A stretch of DNA of 64,000 bases from Oikopleura dioica (taxonomy: Eukaryota; Animalia; Chordata), in contig OU015568.1 of the NCBI GenBank assembly GCA_907165135.1, positions 8,742,001 to 8,806,000 of the forward strand, in the 5' to 3' direction. Positions 1 to 12,295 of this stretch are shown here, piece after piece; position 1 is the stretch's first letter, and the number at the start of each line of letters is the position of its first letter. The notes under the pieces are model-generated. The model saw only the letters and a list, made by a program, of their open reading frames with translations. It was not told where the DNA came from and did not search any database. The position numbers and the translations under genes were made by a program.

Positions 1-249
1 GGTTGAAAAAGGTCGGGCCCCCACGAGCAGACAGAAACCGAAGTCTTCTTTGCACGCCGTGAGGAAGCCTTTCATTTTTCTGACCATCAAACTTTTATGA
101 AGGAGTTGGTCCTAAATTGAAGGTTGACCCTGATATTATATCAGTGATTTATTCTCTTGATTATCCCCTGAGAGAATTTGATTCTTCATTTAAAAATGGA
201 CAAAACTCGGTCTCCAATCACAATACGAGAAAAGGGGCGCTAAAGACAA

Positions 250-453
250 AAATCCACTCCATCCGCTCAAAATCCACTCCATCCACTCAAAATCCACTCC
301 AAAGTAGATTTTACAGGTTGGAGTGGAGTGGAGCGAATGAGTGGATACTAAAAATATAGGCTGAGCGAGTGGAGTGGAGTGGATCCACTCCGCTCACGCT
401 CCACTCCACTCCGCTCAAAATCCACTCCATCGCTCAGCAAAATTGGAACCCTG
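250..453. mobile_element. Partial hAT-like MITE end with (GGAGT/ACTCC)n subterminal repeats
   Basis: Tandem ATCCACTCC/GGAGTGGAGT units end in ...AATTGGAACCCTG at 453. Its reverse complement starts CAGGG, like the other hAT-type MITEs in this window. No left terminus found. Confidence 0.5.
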
Positions 454-651
454 CTCTTATTTACTGCCTCTATTACGAATAAATTAAAATTTCACTCCTG
501 AGTACCAAGCTTTGACCTTTCAAGGTCAGTGTGCTGAAATCAACGAGGAAAATCACCAAGATGAATGTTCAAAAGCAAATTTGAAAAACATAAATTTTCA
601 AATTTACAATTTCGGGTGCGGCCAATTTCTTCTGTTCTTCGGGCTGCTACT

Positions 652-951
652 ATTTTCTGGAGTTTGAAAAATTTGGAGTACTTTTTCTGGAAGTTGTAAA
701 AAATTTCGTAGGTTCCGTTTGGAGCAACGAAATTTCTAATCGATTTTTAAGGGTGTTAAGGGCCTCCCGGCCTCAAACCCCGGCAAAAATGTGGGCCCGG
801 GCCCGTTCTTTCTTTTGCCGGGGTCAGTTACCCTTAATTATTACTCTAACACCCTTAAAAATCGATTTGAAATTTCGTTGCTCCAAACGGAACCTACGAA
901 ATTTTTACAACTTCCAGAAAAGTACTCCAAATTTTTCAAACTCCAGAAAAT
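652..951. mobile_element. Foldback element / MITE with ~105 bp inverted arms
   Basis: 652-758 and 847-951 are near-perfect reverse complements (TTTTCTGGAGTTTGAAAAATTTGG...AAGGGTGTTA / TAACACCCTT...CCAAATTTTTCAAACTCCAGAAAA). There is an inner CCCCGGCAAAA/TTTTGCCGGGG pair. Confidence 0.8.
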
Positions 952-1387
952 TGGGGTAGCCGTTCTTCGAGTGAAGCATGACTGTACATTACACTAGTAT
1001 TTGGAGATAAGGATCTTGGCTCTTGAATTCAAACTTTCAAGGCGCCGAAATTCGCGGCTCTCGAAAAGTTCAAACAGAATTATTCGAATTTAGACGCGTT
1101 TTTGAATGAAGGATCTCTTTCAAATTTAACAGCAACAAAGGAGTCACGGAAGTGGCACTATCTGTACCAGCCAAATTTGACGTGGACACAAACAGATAAA
1201 AAGGACAGATTGAAACGGGAAAGCTTTTACTCTCAATGTTAGCAAAAATGGAGTTTTGGCTGATTACTTATCACTGAAACGTTATCAGCAATAAGTGTTT
1301 TACTAAATAGAATTATTTGATTTATCAAAATATTTAAAGAAGAAATTCTGATTTTTATCGACTCCTTTATTTTTCTCAATATCCTGA

Positions 1388-1648
1388 TTTTCAAAGTATT
1401 TCTCGGAAATTATACTGTGTCGACTCAGTACAGCTAGGATAGCCGTGTTCTACTTGATCTTTAGCTAAAATATACATTACAATTATTATCGCGAAAATTC
1501 AGTATTTTCCGCTGAGTATCCTTTCAAATTGAAGATACTGAATTTTGCGCTAAATTTCGAATGTTTATTATATTTGAATATCAAGCAAGGCTCTTCAATC
1601 GTGGCTGTACCGAGTTGACACAGTATAATTTCCGAAAAGTGCTTTGAT
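1388..1648. mobile_element. Degenerate foldback MITE
   Basis: CGGAAATTATACTGTGTCGACTCAGTACAGC (~1404-1434) is inverted at ~1604-1634 (GCTGTACCGAGTTGACACAGTATAATTTCCG). A second inner inverted pair lies at ~1490-1550. Confidence 0.6.
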
Positions 1649-1689
1649 AACCTGAAAATTGAGCAAAAAAGAGTTTTTTTGAAAATCTA

Positions 1690-1810
1690 TGCGACGCGTG
1701 ATCGGGCGCGTTGGCCCGTGCTCCCCCGCTTGGCTGTCCGCGATGACGTCATCAGCCGAATGGACCAATCAAAAAGTCCGACGGCGCTGGCGCACGCGCG
1801 TTTTCTCAAT
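1690..1810. promoter_or_regulatory. CpG-rich promoter-like island with CRE and CCAAT box
   Basis: GC-rich patch in AT-rich DNA. Contains the 12-bp palindrome GATGACGTCATC (1742-1753, CRE core TGACGTCA) and CCAAT at 1765-1769. Confidence 0.45.
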
Positions 1811-4602
1811 TTTTCAGCCATTTTGAAAAGTATTACTACTCGCCACTAAAACTGCTGAATCACCCGAGCGAAGCCAGAAAAACTAAAAATAAAAGAAATT
1901 TGAAATAAAGAAGTTTTATCTTTTGATCTTATAAGAGAGATACGAAGAAATAAATTAGTAAAGAAGGTTGAATAAGAGATTTAAAAGAAGATTTTGGAGA
2001 AAATAATCCAACTAAGAAAAAAATAATTTCATCATGACCTAGGTAATAAATGAATTCAATAAAATAATATATTTCCTAAAGAAAATCTAAATTATATAGT
2101 AAAATGAAGCTTTCTGTGTATTGATATAATAAAATGAGTTGTTTACTGCTGTAAAAATGCATATTTTTGGATCATTTTTGCGGTTAAAATCATATTAAAG
2201 TCAGAAAATAGCTTTTTCTGACTAAATATCGTTGAAAATTTAAAGATTTTTTTACAAAAAAAGTTCAGAAAGAATAAATTTGGACAAAAATTCCGCGGTG
2301 CTCCACAAAATCTGGGTCTAGTGCGATTTCGCGGCATTAAATTTACATCAGGCGTGTAATTTATGCGCGGCGGAACATATGGAAAGTGAGCGTAATATAA
2401 ATTCTTATCCCCCAATGTTCTTTACTGTATGATCATTCAAACACGTGATCGATTTTCCAAAAGTGCTTTTTTCGCTTGGAGTCTCCAATCTTTCAAGTTT
2501 CGAAGTAAGGAGCAACACGGAAATAATTAAAGAAAAACGCGCCGTGGACCCAAGCCAAAAAAGCGCGGAAAAGGGACAAAAGGAGCCAAATTTTCAAGAA
2601 AAGAAAATTAACAGGTCCTCAAAAAATGAGGAAAATGAAAGTTACGACTTTAGCAAACTTTCTCTATCTGGCATATTTTCACTCTAGTTTCAGTTGTAAA
2701 TATTCTTGATAGAAATTATAGATTTTTGCGTTAGATGAAATATGCGCTGAGGAATTTGTATTCTCAAGTCAGCATAAAAAAAGGTTGTTTGTGCAGACTT
2801 CTTATTTACAATTATTTATGTCTTGGTGTCCAATTTTACGCTCGAATTCAGTTCATTCTCGCTTCGTATTTTCTATTTCGTCCCCTTACCAAATTTGGCG
2901 AATTCCATTCAACTTACAGCATTGGTGATTACTATTGGTAATACATATTTGTCCATGTGAATAATCACATTTTTTATCGCCATCGTAACTTTAAAAATGG
3001 ACCGAGAGAGTTGTAATTGACCACAAATTCGAAAGCAAATCCACCAAAAAAAGAATCCTTCTACAGAGAAACGAATCGGTAAAAGATAGAAGAAAAGACA
3101 GAGGGGAAACATGAAAACCGGCGGCTAGGGGTTGTCGCTTTGATCTTGATTATTTTACGGCGCCGCGCTCTTTTATTTTTATAACTTTTTTCTGTCAGAC
3201 TTTTTTTCTGTCGGTCTGCTTGTCAAAACGCGTTTTTGAATTTTTAAATTTTGAATCATCTTCCATTTTTCATAAATTTTATTCTTCGTCAGTGAACAAT
3301 CACAAAACGACTTTGGGAAAAAAGGCGATAAAAATTGTTTAACTTGGAACAAGCTAAAGCTCAACTGCTGTTGTAGAGTCTCAATCAATGTAGACATTCA
3401 GGTGTCGATAAAACGCCGAAACATGGTCCATTTGAGTGATTTTGAACGAAAGACCGAAATGCGGCCGATTTTGAATATAAACAAAACACGCGTGGATCTC
3501 TCATAAAGCAGCTTGGTTTTCGTTGTGTATTAAACTTGCTCACAATCGTTTTACTTGAGTGTTTCTTTGATTTATGATAAGCTTGAGCTCAGCGGTTTTT
3601 CTCATGACTCCGCTGAAACTGTTTTTATCGCAATATTAATTTAAAAGCTTTGATTTGAAATAATAGCTTTCTATTTTCAGAAAAGTCTATTCCTTATCGT
3701 AGCATATGTGACATATTGTGTCTCATCTTTTTTTTCATTCGACATTTAGTGACTTTCTGACATTGGCCCTGTAAATAACAGATTGGCCTGTCGCATTTGA
3801 GGATGTGTTTAATTATCAATTTAAAAGCTCGCCGGGCTGAATTATTAACGCATTTTGCGAAAATTTCGCTGCCAAAAATCGATTCGCGATTCGAAAAAAA
3901 AATGTCAAAAACAGAATCAATAGCGCCTTCAACAAAAGGGCTTATCCTGTTTTAAGTCAAGAACACGCCCCTCCACACGAAAATACTTAATAAGCTCATA
4001 AATACTCTTTTCGCGCGAGTTTGGTATAAAAGTGCGTCTGGAATTCGCTAGCGTCTTTGAGCGCAGCGCCGAAGGATTATAAGCTGGATCATCCGGCTCA
4101 GCAGCAGTCAGTAGAAAAGTAGCAGTAGTCAGAAATCACGTGCGCCGCTCTCATTATGTCTGAGTATTTATGTAGCAACACGATTTTGTGAGCAACTTTA
4201 TTGTTATGTAAAGTTTTTCTGTTCCTTGTACAATGTACAATAGGCTTCCGGAATTTAATCCTGCTTTTACTTAGTTAGGGTCTTATAGAGAAGGTCTCAG
4301 CGACTGTGGGAAAAATACTCAATATTGTAAAGCTGGCTTTTCAAGATTATTACCATTCAGATGTTCAAAATACTGCGGTTATACTGTCTTTTTTACTATT
4401 GGTTAGTTATTAATTTATCTGTAATAAAAGCAAGATGGGAAAGCCGCAGTCATTTGAACCTCTGAATCGTCAGACTTCAAGGCTCAAGATAGCCTCAATT
4501 ATCAATTAATCACTCATTCAATTTTTGAGTGGAACCTCAAACAGAATCCCTCTTTCTTTCATATATCACCTCTTCTAACAAAGAGTTAAAGAGTGAATTA
4601 AA

Positions 4603-7600
4603 ATGGCGTGTTCAGATGCAGCAGAATCGAATATGGATGCGCTAGACGATTTACTGAACGACCTGAATGCGGTCACCCGTGAACTTGGATTCGATACGAG
4701 TCCTTCTGAACCTGCTTCGAGCACTTCTGTGACTTCTGAGAAATCCTCCGTCTCCGCTGAAAGCGGCCTCGGCCTCTCCAATGACTTGTCCAATGATTTC
4801 CAAACGATCAAGAAGGTCACGCCGCCTAAACCGCCCAAGTTACAACAAAAGCCACCCGACTCATCCTATTCTGAGGTAAGAAATCCCAAGCAAAAATCCC
4901 AATTACAACCCCCACTCAATCTTCTTATGAGCGACCATAAAACCACAAACTTGTCAAATTTATTGGATTATCGGTGATGTTGCCAGTTGGGTAGCGAGTT
5001 GCCTGACAGGTGTGGCTCGTGAATTTTTGATAAGTCCCGATTTGTTGATTTTTTTGTCTTCAAAGAAAAATATGAATGAATGTTATAGGGAACGTATAAT
5101 GATGGCCTGGACCAGATTATGAACTCCCTCAACTCATTGGGCTCCGATTTGAACCCCGAGAAACCGAAAGAACCTGAAAAACAAACTCCGCCAAGAAAAA
5201 AATCGTCAGAAATGATCAATAGATTGGTTACGACGCCGCCTAAAGTTCAAACTGCGAAGAGGGTGAGTTTCCGATCGTCAGCTGAAATCGAGGAAAACGA
5301 GTTCAACTCTTTCCCGAGTAAGGCTCCCGAAGTCGGAAAGCTCCCAAAACCAGGGCTGCCCCCGCAAATTCTCCAATCAGCTGGAGCATCGCCGCAAAAA
5401 CCCCCAGTCCGACCAAGATTACAACAAGTTTTGCCTCCACCGCCAAACACGCCTAAGGCGAGCGTATCGAGCACGGGCAGTTCCGACTCGCTGAAAATGC
5501 CTCCTCCGCCGCCTAAATTTCCTCCTCCCGCGCTGACGCCTCCTGTAACGGCGAGACCGAGTGAGAAAGTGATGTTCGACGGGCCGTCGGATCATCAAAG
5601 GATACCACCGTTTGCCGAGACGCCAACTATTTTGCGCAATCGTCAATACATCCCGCCTGAGAAGAAAGCTGAGATTAATCAACATCAAGTCCAAGTTCCT
5701 TCTCAGCCCACTGCTGAAAAGCCGACCACCCAACCGATGCATCCGGAAGTAAACAACTTCATGGAGAAAATCAAGGTATTGAATGAGACAAAAATTTGCA
5801 CTAGAAACGATTAGACTCACTTATTCTTGCATTTCGAGCTAGCATTCAGAATGCTGCATTCTTTTGTGGGTGAAGAATAAGTTTGATCTTTGGATTTTTG
5901 AGCACTCAAAACATCAGTTTGAAAAAAAAGAATCCAAAGGGCTAAAGCGCCCTCCTTCTGTCAGCCAATCAGAAGTTGCGGCTATCTTCTTTTGATTGGT
6001 TGAGAGAACGAGGGCGCTTATGTCCAGAAATTTAATTTTGATCCATGAGCTCTCAAAACTGATTTGAAATAATAATTATTATCGACCTCGATAAACGGCT
6101 GACTTACTAATGATCTAACTGTGCAGGGCATCGCAGTACTGACGTCGGATCAATCAAGTGACGGAGACGACGTTGACCCGTTGCCCCCCTTCGTCAGCTT
6201 GAGCTGCTCGGCAGGGCATAATGTTGTGGCTGATAAGAAGTCGTCTCCCGCTGTGTCTGTCAATACAGACTTCAGCAGGGACTCGGGTTTCTCGACGGAC
6301 ACGACGTTTCCCTCTCCTCCTCCACAGCTGAAACCAGTTAATCCTTATGAGGTGCTGAATGTTGTTCAATGTCTACTAACTTATTAAAAATCAAATTAAC
6401 ATGTGATTGTCCTGGATGTTTGAACATTCTATTTATGGGATTTTAAAATGCCTTCCTAGGCTGCTGAGCACGTGAGAATTTTCTCCGGCGAAGGGAGTTA
6501 CAAACTGATCCCAGTCGAAAAGGGCATGTCCGTGCGATATATCACCCAGCTTATGGCGGAAAAGCACCGAGTCAGGCTGACGGCAAAACATTCGCTGCTT
6601 GAATACAATCCGGAATTGGCTACGGAGCGTATTTTAGAAGAGCATGAAAATGTTTGTGAGGTAAGATCTGCTTCTTTTGCCTCATTCTTTACCAATTTTC
6701 AAGGTGATTCAAAACTGGGAACAAACACCTTGTGAGATTCATTTCCTCGAGCGAAAGGACAAGTGGCTCCTGTTTTCCAATCCACAGGTAACTTTATCCT
6801 TTTATTGTCCCGAGTAACAAGCTAATTACAGGTAATCCTCGAGCGAAAGCAAGCCCAAGGCCAGCCCAGTAGAGAAGAGCGACACAAAATCCTCCAAAGA
6901 TGGTTCCCCGATCGTGGCGGCTTCAACTACCCGGGGTACGATGGCCAGAGCGTTGTGCGAGACACTGTTTATTACAAAAACGACGCTAAGGATAAATGGA
7001 ACAAGAAATATATTGAGCTTCGAGGTCATAAACTGCTTATTTTCAAGGTAAAAAATGATTTCGAAATACAGTTCTACAAAGTCTCCTTCAGAAAGAATCA
7101 GCTCGCGAAAAAGCGCCAGAGGAAATCGTCGATCTTCAAGCAATGCTCCTATTCCGAGGCGTCGAATGGAAGTCAAAGTTCAAGGCGCCTCTAGCAAATG
7201 GCTTCGCAGTTCGACATCCGAAAGTGACAAAGATGAACAAATCTAACAACCCAAACGAGCGCATTCGCTTCTTCGCTGTCGAAGATCAACTTGACGAGCT
7301 CAAGGTAACTCCATTTTTTACGAAAACAAAATTGTGACCGTGAACTTTTCAGTGGATCACGGCGTTACGACTCGCAAAACTTGGCCTAAAGATGATCGAA
7401 AATTACAGAAATACGATCTCGACCGTGGAGAGGCCATCGTCATTATTGTCGCTACGTCCGCCCTCGTTTGGCCCACTTCCGGTGTCGAATTCGAGACCCA
7501 ACAGCTTGGAGACACTCCAAGTTGATGGCCTCCAATCGGTGAGAGCTTTTACAAAACGCGTAATTCTTATTACACACGCAACATTTTGATCTCACTAAAT

Positions 7601-8164
7601 TAACAAAAAAAAATACAATTAAAACATTTCCGTAGTCGCCGAAAAAGCCAGCTCCTCCATCGATGCCTCCGACTGGCCAAGTCCATCAAGCAATAATGCA
7701 TCCGCCTCCCGCTCAAAACCTCCCCCAAGCTCCCAAACCCCAGCAACCGCAATTAACTCTCCATCGACCACCTCCAATGACAAATTTCTACAACGACTCA
7801 AACCCAAACCAAGCTCCGGCAAGTCCACTCCGCCGTGGCGATTTTCCACCTCCACCTCCATTCATCTCCCAGATCAAACAGCTGTCAAGCCAAGTGCACG
7901 AACAAGGCGATCAATCGAATCGCTCTATTGGCTTTGATTTGCCTCCACCGCCACCGGAACTGATGGTGCAAGCGGCTCGATCATCGAAGGTTTGACTCAC
8001 TTTCTAGTCAAAAACTGAACTATTTTTATAGATGAATGGAAGTGCTACTCTTCCGACTCCCCCTCGTGGTGCTCGACCTCCTCCACCGGTAAGCAAAAAA
8101 TCCTAGAACCGACTTTCATCTCTATTTTCAGAGGAGGAATCCCAACACTCGACTTCACCACTGA
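4603..8164 (+). CDS. RAPH1/APBB1IP: MRL-family adaptor (lamellipodin/RIAM/MIG-10-like): N-terminal helix, Pro-rich region, RA + PH domains, Pro-rich tail; about 11 exons
   Basis: N-terminal DALDDLLNDL; RA domain (VRIFSGEGSYKLIPV...ERILEEHENVCE); PH domain (VYYKNDAKDKWNKKYIELRG, WKSKFKAPLANGFAVRHP, WITALRLAK); FPPPP/LPPPP Ena/VASP-type motifs; ends PPPRRNPNTRLHH* at 8162-8164. GT-AG introns are mostly ~45 nt. Confidence 0.9.
5890..6065. repeat. Degenerate palindromic element in an MRL-gene intron carrying paired CCAAT boxes
   Basis: AAGCGCCCTC (~5945) / GAGGGCGCTT (~6010) and CAGCCAATCAGAAG / CTTCTTTTGATTGGTTG are inverted pairs. Confidence 0.45.
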
Positions 8165-8499
8165 TGACTCATGTTCTTGCTATGTTCATTCCAGCTGTGC
8201 TTCAAAATTCTTCAATGACTCCTCCTCTCCACTACTACTGTCTAAGTTCGCCTTTACTTTTATCTCTATCTCCCTCAACGATGATGATGCTATCAAAGAA
8301 AGATCCCGACCAACTTCCTTTTCCTTGCTCCCTCTCATTTCCAAAGACTCCAACTTTACGTTTTTCAAAGACAAATAATATTTCAACTGCACTTTCTCTT
8401 GCAACAAAGCTACTACTGTAATTATATTAATATTGAAGCTATCAAATGTCGTCTTTTTACATTCAAAAATAGAAAAAAAAGTCAATTTATTTAACAGGT

Positions 8500-10296
8500 G
8501 GTTTTATAAATAGTTTCTTGCATTGAGTGACAGATATTTTGTCCTTCCGGCTTTTTGATCAAACTTTTGTTTCGCGATGATTTCCTTCAACTTCTTCAGC
8601 GAGCTATAAACTGTAAAGCGACAAGACTTGACTAGAAATCATACTTTGATAGTTCGTCCATTCGATACGATTTCATCGACTGTTTATTCTCAACTAAAGA
8701 GCATAATCCTTTGAAAGCAAAAACAGGAAAGTTACTAACAAGGGCTTCGTAAATGATCTGTGTACTTTTTAGTTATGAAATTCAGAAGCCCAAACAATCA
8801 CGTGATTCAGCAAAAACGACTGAACTTATCAGTTGAACTAAATAAACAAACTTCATCCGCGGAAATAAGAAGTTCCTGCGACCAGATGATTCTCTTTAGA
8901 TTTGAATTAGGGAGACAGAAAAAAGAGTCTTGGAGTCTTCAAAGTTTGCATTTTTAATGAGAAATACAATGGCAACTCAAGCACTGCAAAAACCGCAGAT
9001 GACAAAATATACCTTAGAAAAAGTCTTTTATTTATCCAGAATATCTTAATATTATTAGAAAAGCGGTGAGGTTAGGGTTAGAAGCTACCGAAACTCGCGG
9101 ATGATCTCTTCCAGCGCTTGCTTCATTTCGATATCGAATCTTCCAGTGAATACTTTTTTGTAGTTTTCGGGTTTTGATGCAAGCTCGTTTTTAATAAAAT
9201 CATCCTCGAGATCATGATATTCGTTTGGCCGGACGATAATTGGATAGACTTCGTAATTTTCTCGGTTGACTTTCGCTATCTGAAGAATATTATAAGCACT
9301 TGATTTTCATGGTTATTCTAACATGAGATTTTTCTCCAGTTTTGCCGCCAAAAGCACTTTGTAGGGTGAGAATGTCCCATTCTTCGTCGGAAACGATGAT
9401 CATCGAGCGTTTTCTTTGGTATTTTGTTTGAATTGCTTCCTCGAACTTGCCTTCGATGAAGTTTCCTTTGATATTGAGATCCTGAAGGCATAAGAAAAGC
9501 TGTCCGTTTCCATCTAGACCATCATCGTAAAAGATCTGTGGATAAATATTATACCGAGTATTATCGAGCAATCATGACTTACAGTTCTTTCAGCCGCTTC
9601 AAGAGTGCACGGTTCAATTTCAATTTTATAATGCATGAGGCCATCTTCCGTCAATCCTCCGCTTCCAGGTTCGTAGCAATGTTCAAGCTGTTTGATGCCC
9701 GAGAACTGCACCATCGTAAAAGTAGCTCTGTCGTCACCAAGTCTTTCTCGCAGACCAGGCAGCAGTACTCGATCAATCATCCTTTGGGTAGCAGTGAAAG
9801 CTTCTGCTCCGTCTACTTTTCCATCCACGCAGACTTTGTTGTTGTAAGAATCTGACCCGTCGACGAGGACGATGATATCATGGAAGATTTTTGGTCTCCT
9901 CATCGCGTTACAGCGACTTTTCAAGGGTCAAACAGTATCAACGGAGACTGGAAAAAGGCTTGAATTATCAATTTGTTGTTGAGTTTATCTTCCTTTCTCT
10001 TATTCAATAGGCGTGGTAAATATTCAAAACGAGAATAAGTTCATATTTTATATTCTTCTGCACTCTACCCATAAGCTTTCTTATCCAAAATTCATTTCTC
10101 TCAGACAGTCAGTCTCCTGTTTTACCCCTTCCTTTGGAGGTGGATATCTTCAATGACTGCTTTTGTGACTGTAGTCATGTGGGCTTCAAATCTCAATCTA
10201 AAGGTCTAACTTAGAAAATATTAAAAAAAACTCTTGAATTTACTCGGCAGCGACTGAGACTTGAGCATTTTCTAGGCAAATAGTTCTTCTTGGCAT
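8500..10296 (-). CDS. vWA-domain protein, multi-exon, boundaries approximate
   Basis: DIIVLVDGSDS MIDAS-type strand, FTMVQFSG, LDGNGQLF, MIIVSDEEWD and YPIIV segments in ORFs 9514-9924 and 9290-9571, plus short upstream exons. Confidence 0.7.
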
Positions 10297-10441
10297 TTCC
10301 TTGACCTTCTTGAAAAAATTGGAAAAAGTTGATAATTAGAAAAGATCCGACGCTGTCACCCGCTTTTACAGCTACCGTTCCTAATCATCAAGAGCGAAGA
10401 TGATTGTCTATTAGAATTTATTAGGTACGCATAAGCAGATT

Positions 10442-11335
10442 TTAAAATTGAAGTTTAATTGCTTCATCAACTCTCCCACAGCTATATGGGCACTTGTCTA
10501 TTCCCCAAGATTGGTGGCACTTTGATCCAAGCATATGTCCGCATGGTCTGAGAACAACTCTAAAACACCAATTAATAACTGCTAATAGCAGTTATTCCAT
10601 AATGGAATGAAAATATTATTACCGGAAGTGGTCCTTATCGTCGTAAGTATTTTCGCACACCACGCAAATTCTCATTGCGTCAGTGTCTATGTAATCATCA
10701 ATTAAATAATAAAAATAACACATTTTATCACCTTCATCTTCTTCTGACTCATATGATCTCACGTTTTCGCAGCTATAAGGGCATCTATTCCTTCCGATTT
10801 CCTTATGGCATTTAAACCCAATCATGTGACCACACGGCTGAAGACTTATTCTTCTATGATTTCCAGAATCGTAGGATTCATAACAGACAATGCATGTAAC
10901 AGCTTCATTTACTGTTGGTCTTGATGAATTCGGTCTTGCGGAGGCTTCTGATTGAGTTTTATTGATACTTGTTTTATTGAGCATCGATTTTTCCCGGTAC
11001 AATTTTATTTCTCTCTGCAATTTCTCATTTTGATCGACCAACGATTGAATCTGACTCTGCTGAACTGCATTATCTTCATTATTCGCTCTCTTCAATGCTT
11101 CATTTTGGCTCATCAGTCTTCCAACTTGAAGTTCCAACTGCTCGATTTCATTGTCTTTTCCTCTGCCTCCATTGCTTTTCATTGCTCCATTCCCCTTCAA
11201 AAATGCAATCTCTGATTCAAGCTTTGCAATGTGCGTATCAATTTCTCTTTCGTATGTTTGATAATAAACTTCATTTTTGGTCGACTTTTTGTTCCTCTTG
11301 TTGTCTTCAATATTGTTCGCAATTATATTTCCCAT
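10442..11335 (-). CDS. MG-N-start coiled-coil protein with two atypical RING fingers (RING gene 3)
   Basis: ATG-GGA-AAT start; coiled coil; RING1 CIVC...PCGHMIGFKC...CPYSC; RING2 CVVC...DHFR|VVLRPCGHMLGSKC...CPYSC; stop TAA at 10442. Confidence 0.85.
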
Positions 11336-11546
11336 TGAAAATAGTAAAAATTCACTTAGTTGAGAAGCTTTTTGGTTTCGTAAGCATGAATTTATTGACA
11401 AGGATTTGGCATTATTTGCAGTGTTCTGTGATTATAAGATTGTTTCCATAGTTTCTTTCGACAGGGTATTTGAGAAAAAACTCTACCTTTTCCTAAGCGT
11501 GAAATATCAATAAAATTTATTATTACAGTTTCATAAAAAAGTATTT

Positions 11547-12194
11547 CTAGCTGAGATAAACTCGTAAGTGGCCGTCGATTCCATTGCAATGATACGGACA
11601 TCTGCCAGTTCCCCAGTCTTCGTGACAGCTTTTTCCTTCAAATTTCGCGTTAGCTTTATTCAGAACAACTTGATCTACCTAGAATATGACCACATGGTTT
11701 TAGCGCAACTCGGAAGTGATCTTCATCGTCATAGGGTTCTGTACAAATGATACAGCTTTCTAATCTGTCCAAATCTAATGAAATGATTGAAATTCTGAGA
11801 AAGAAAGCATACTTTGTCTAAGAGCAAGAGCTTCATTCCCAACTCTAGTCCTAGACTGCCGCAATTGAGCGATTTCATTCTCTAGGTCACGTTGCCTAGT
11901 CCGGGAATTTTGAGAAGTCATCATATACGTCATGAATCTATTTTGAGTTTGCATGGGAATCGGCTGATTTCTCGTAGAATATGCATCGCAGACCAAGTCG
12001 TTCAGATCACTGACCAAATTTTCCGTGCTTTTGAGAGTCGTCTTATGTAATTATGAGTCTAGCGGACTTGTCAGCTTTACCTGAAGCTCGTTGACTTGTT
12101 GCTGCAATTTTTGGTTTTCCTCTTTTAAATTGCTATTTTCTTCTTTCAATCGCCAGTTCTCTGCATGAGCCTCGTTACTGCTTTGGTTTCCCAT
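11547..12194 (-). CDS. MG-N-start coiled-coil protein with one atypical RING (RING gene 2)
   Basis: Starts MGNQSS; coiled coil; CIIC...ALKPCGHIL|GKSC...CPYHC; 4 exons with ~40 nt introns. Confidence 0.85.
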
Positions 12195-12295
12195 CTGATC
12201 GAACTCTGAATGAGCCAGAATCTTCAAAAAATGAGCCCTCAAACAAATTTTTTTGCAAAGCATACAAATTAACTGAACAGAAATTGGATCTTTTC

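Noticed and set aside
117-997. ORFs 117-359 (3' half), 753-959 and 791-997
   Set aside because: They read through MITE or foldback repeats and are not independent genes.
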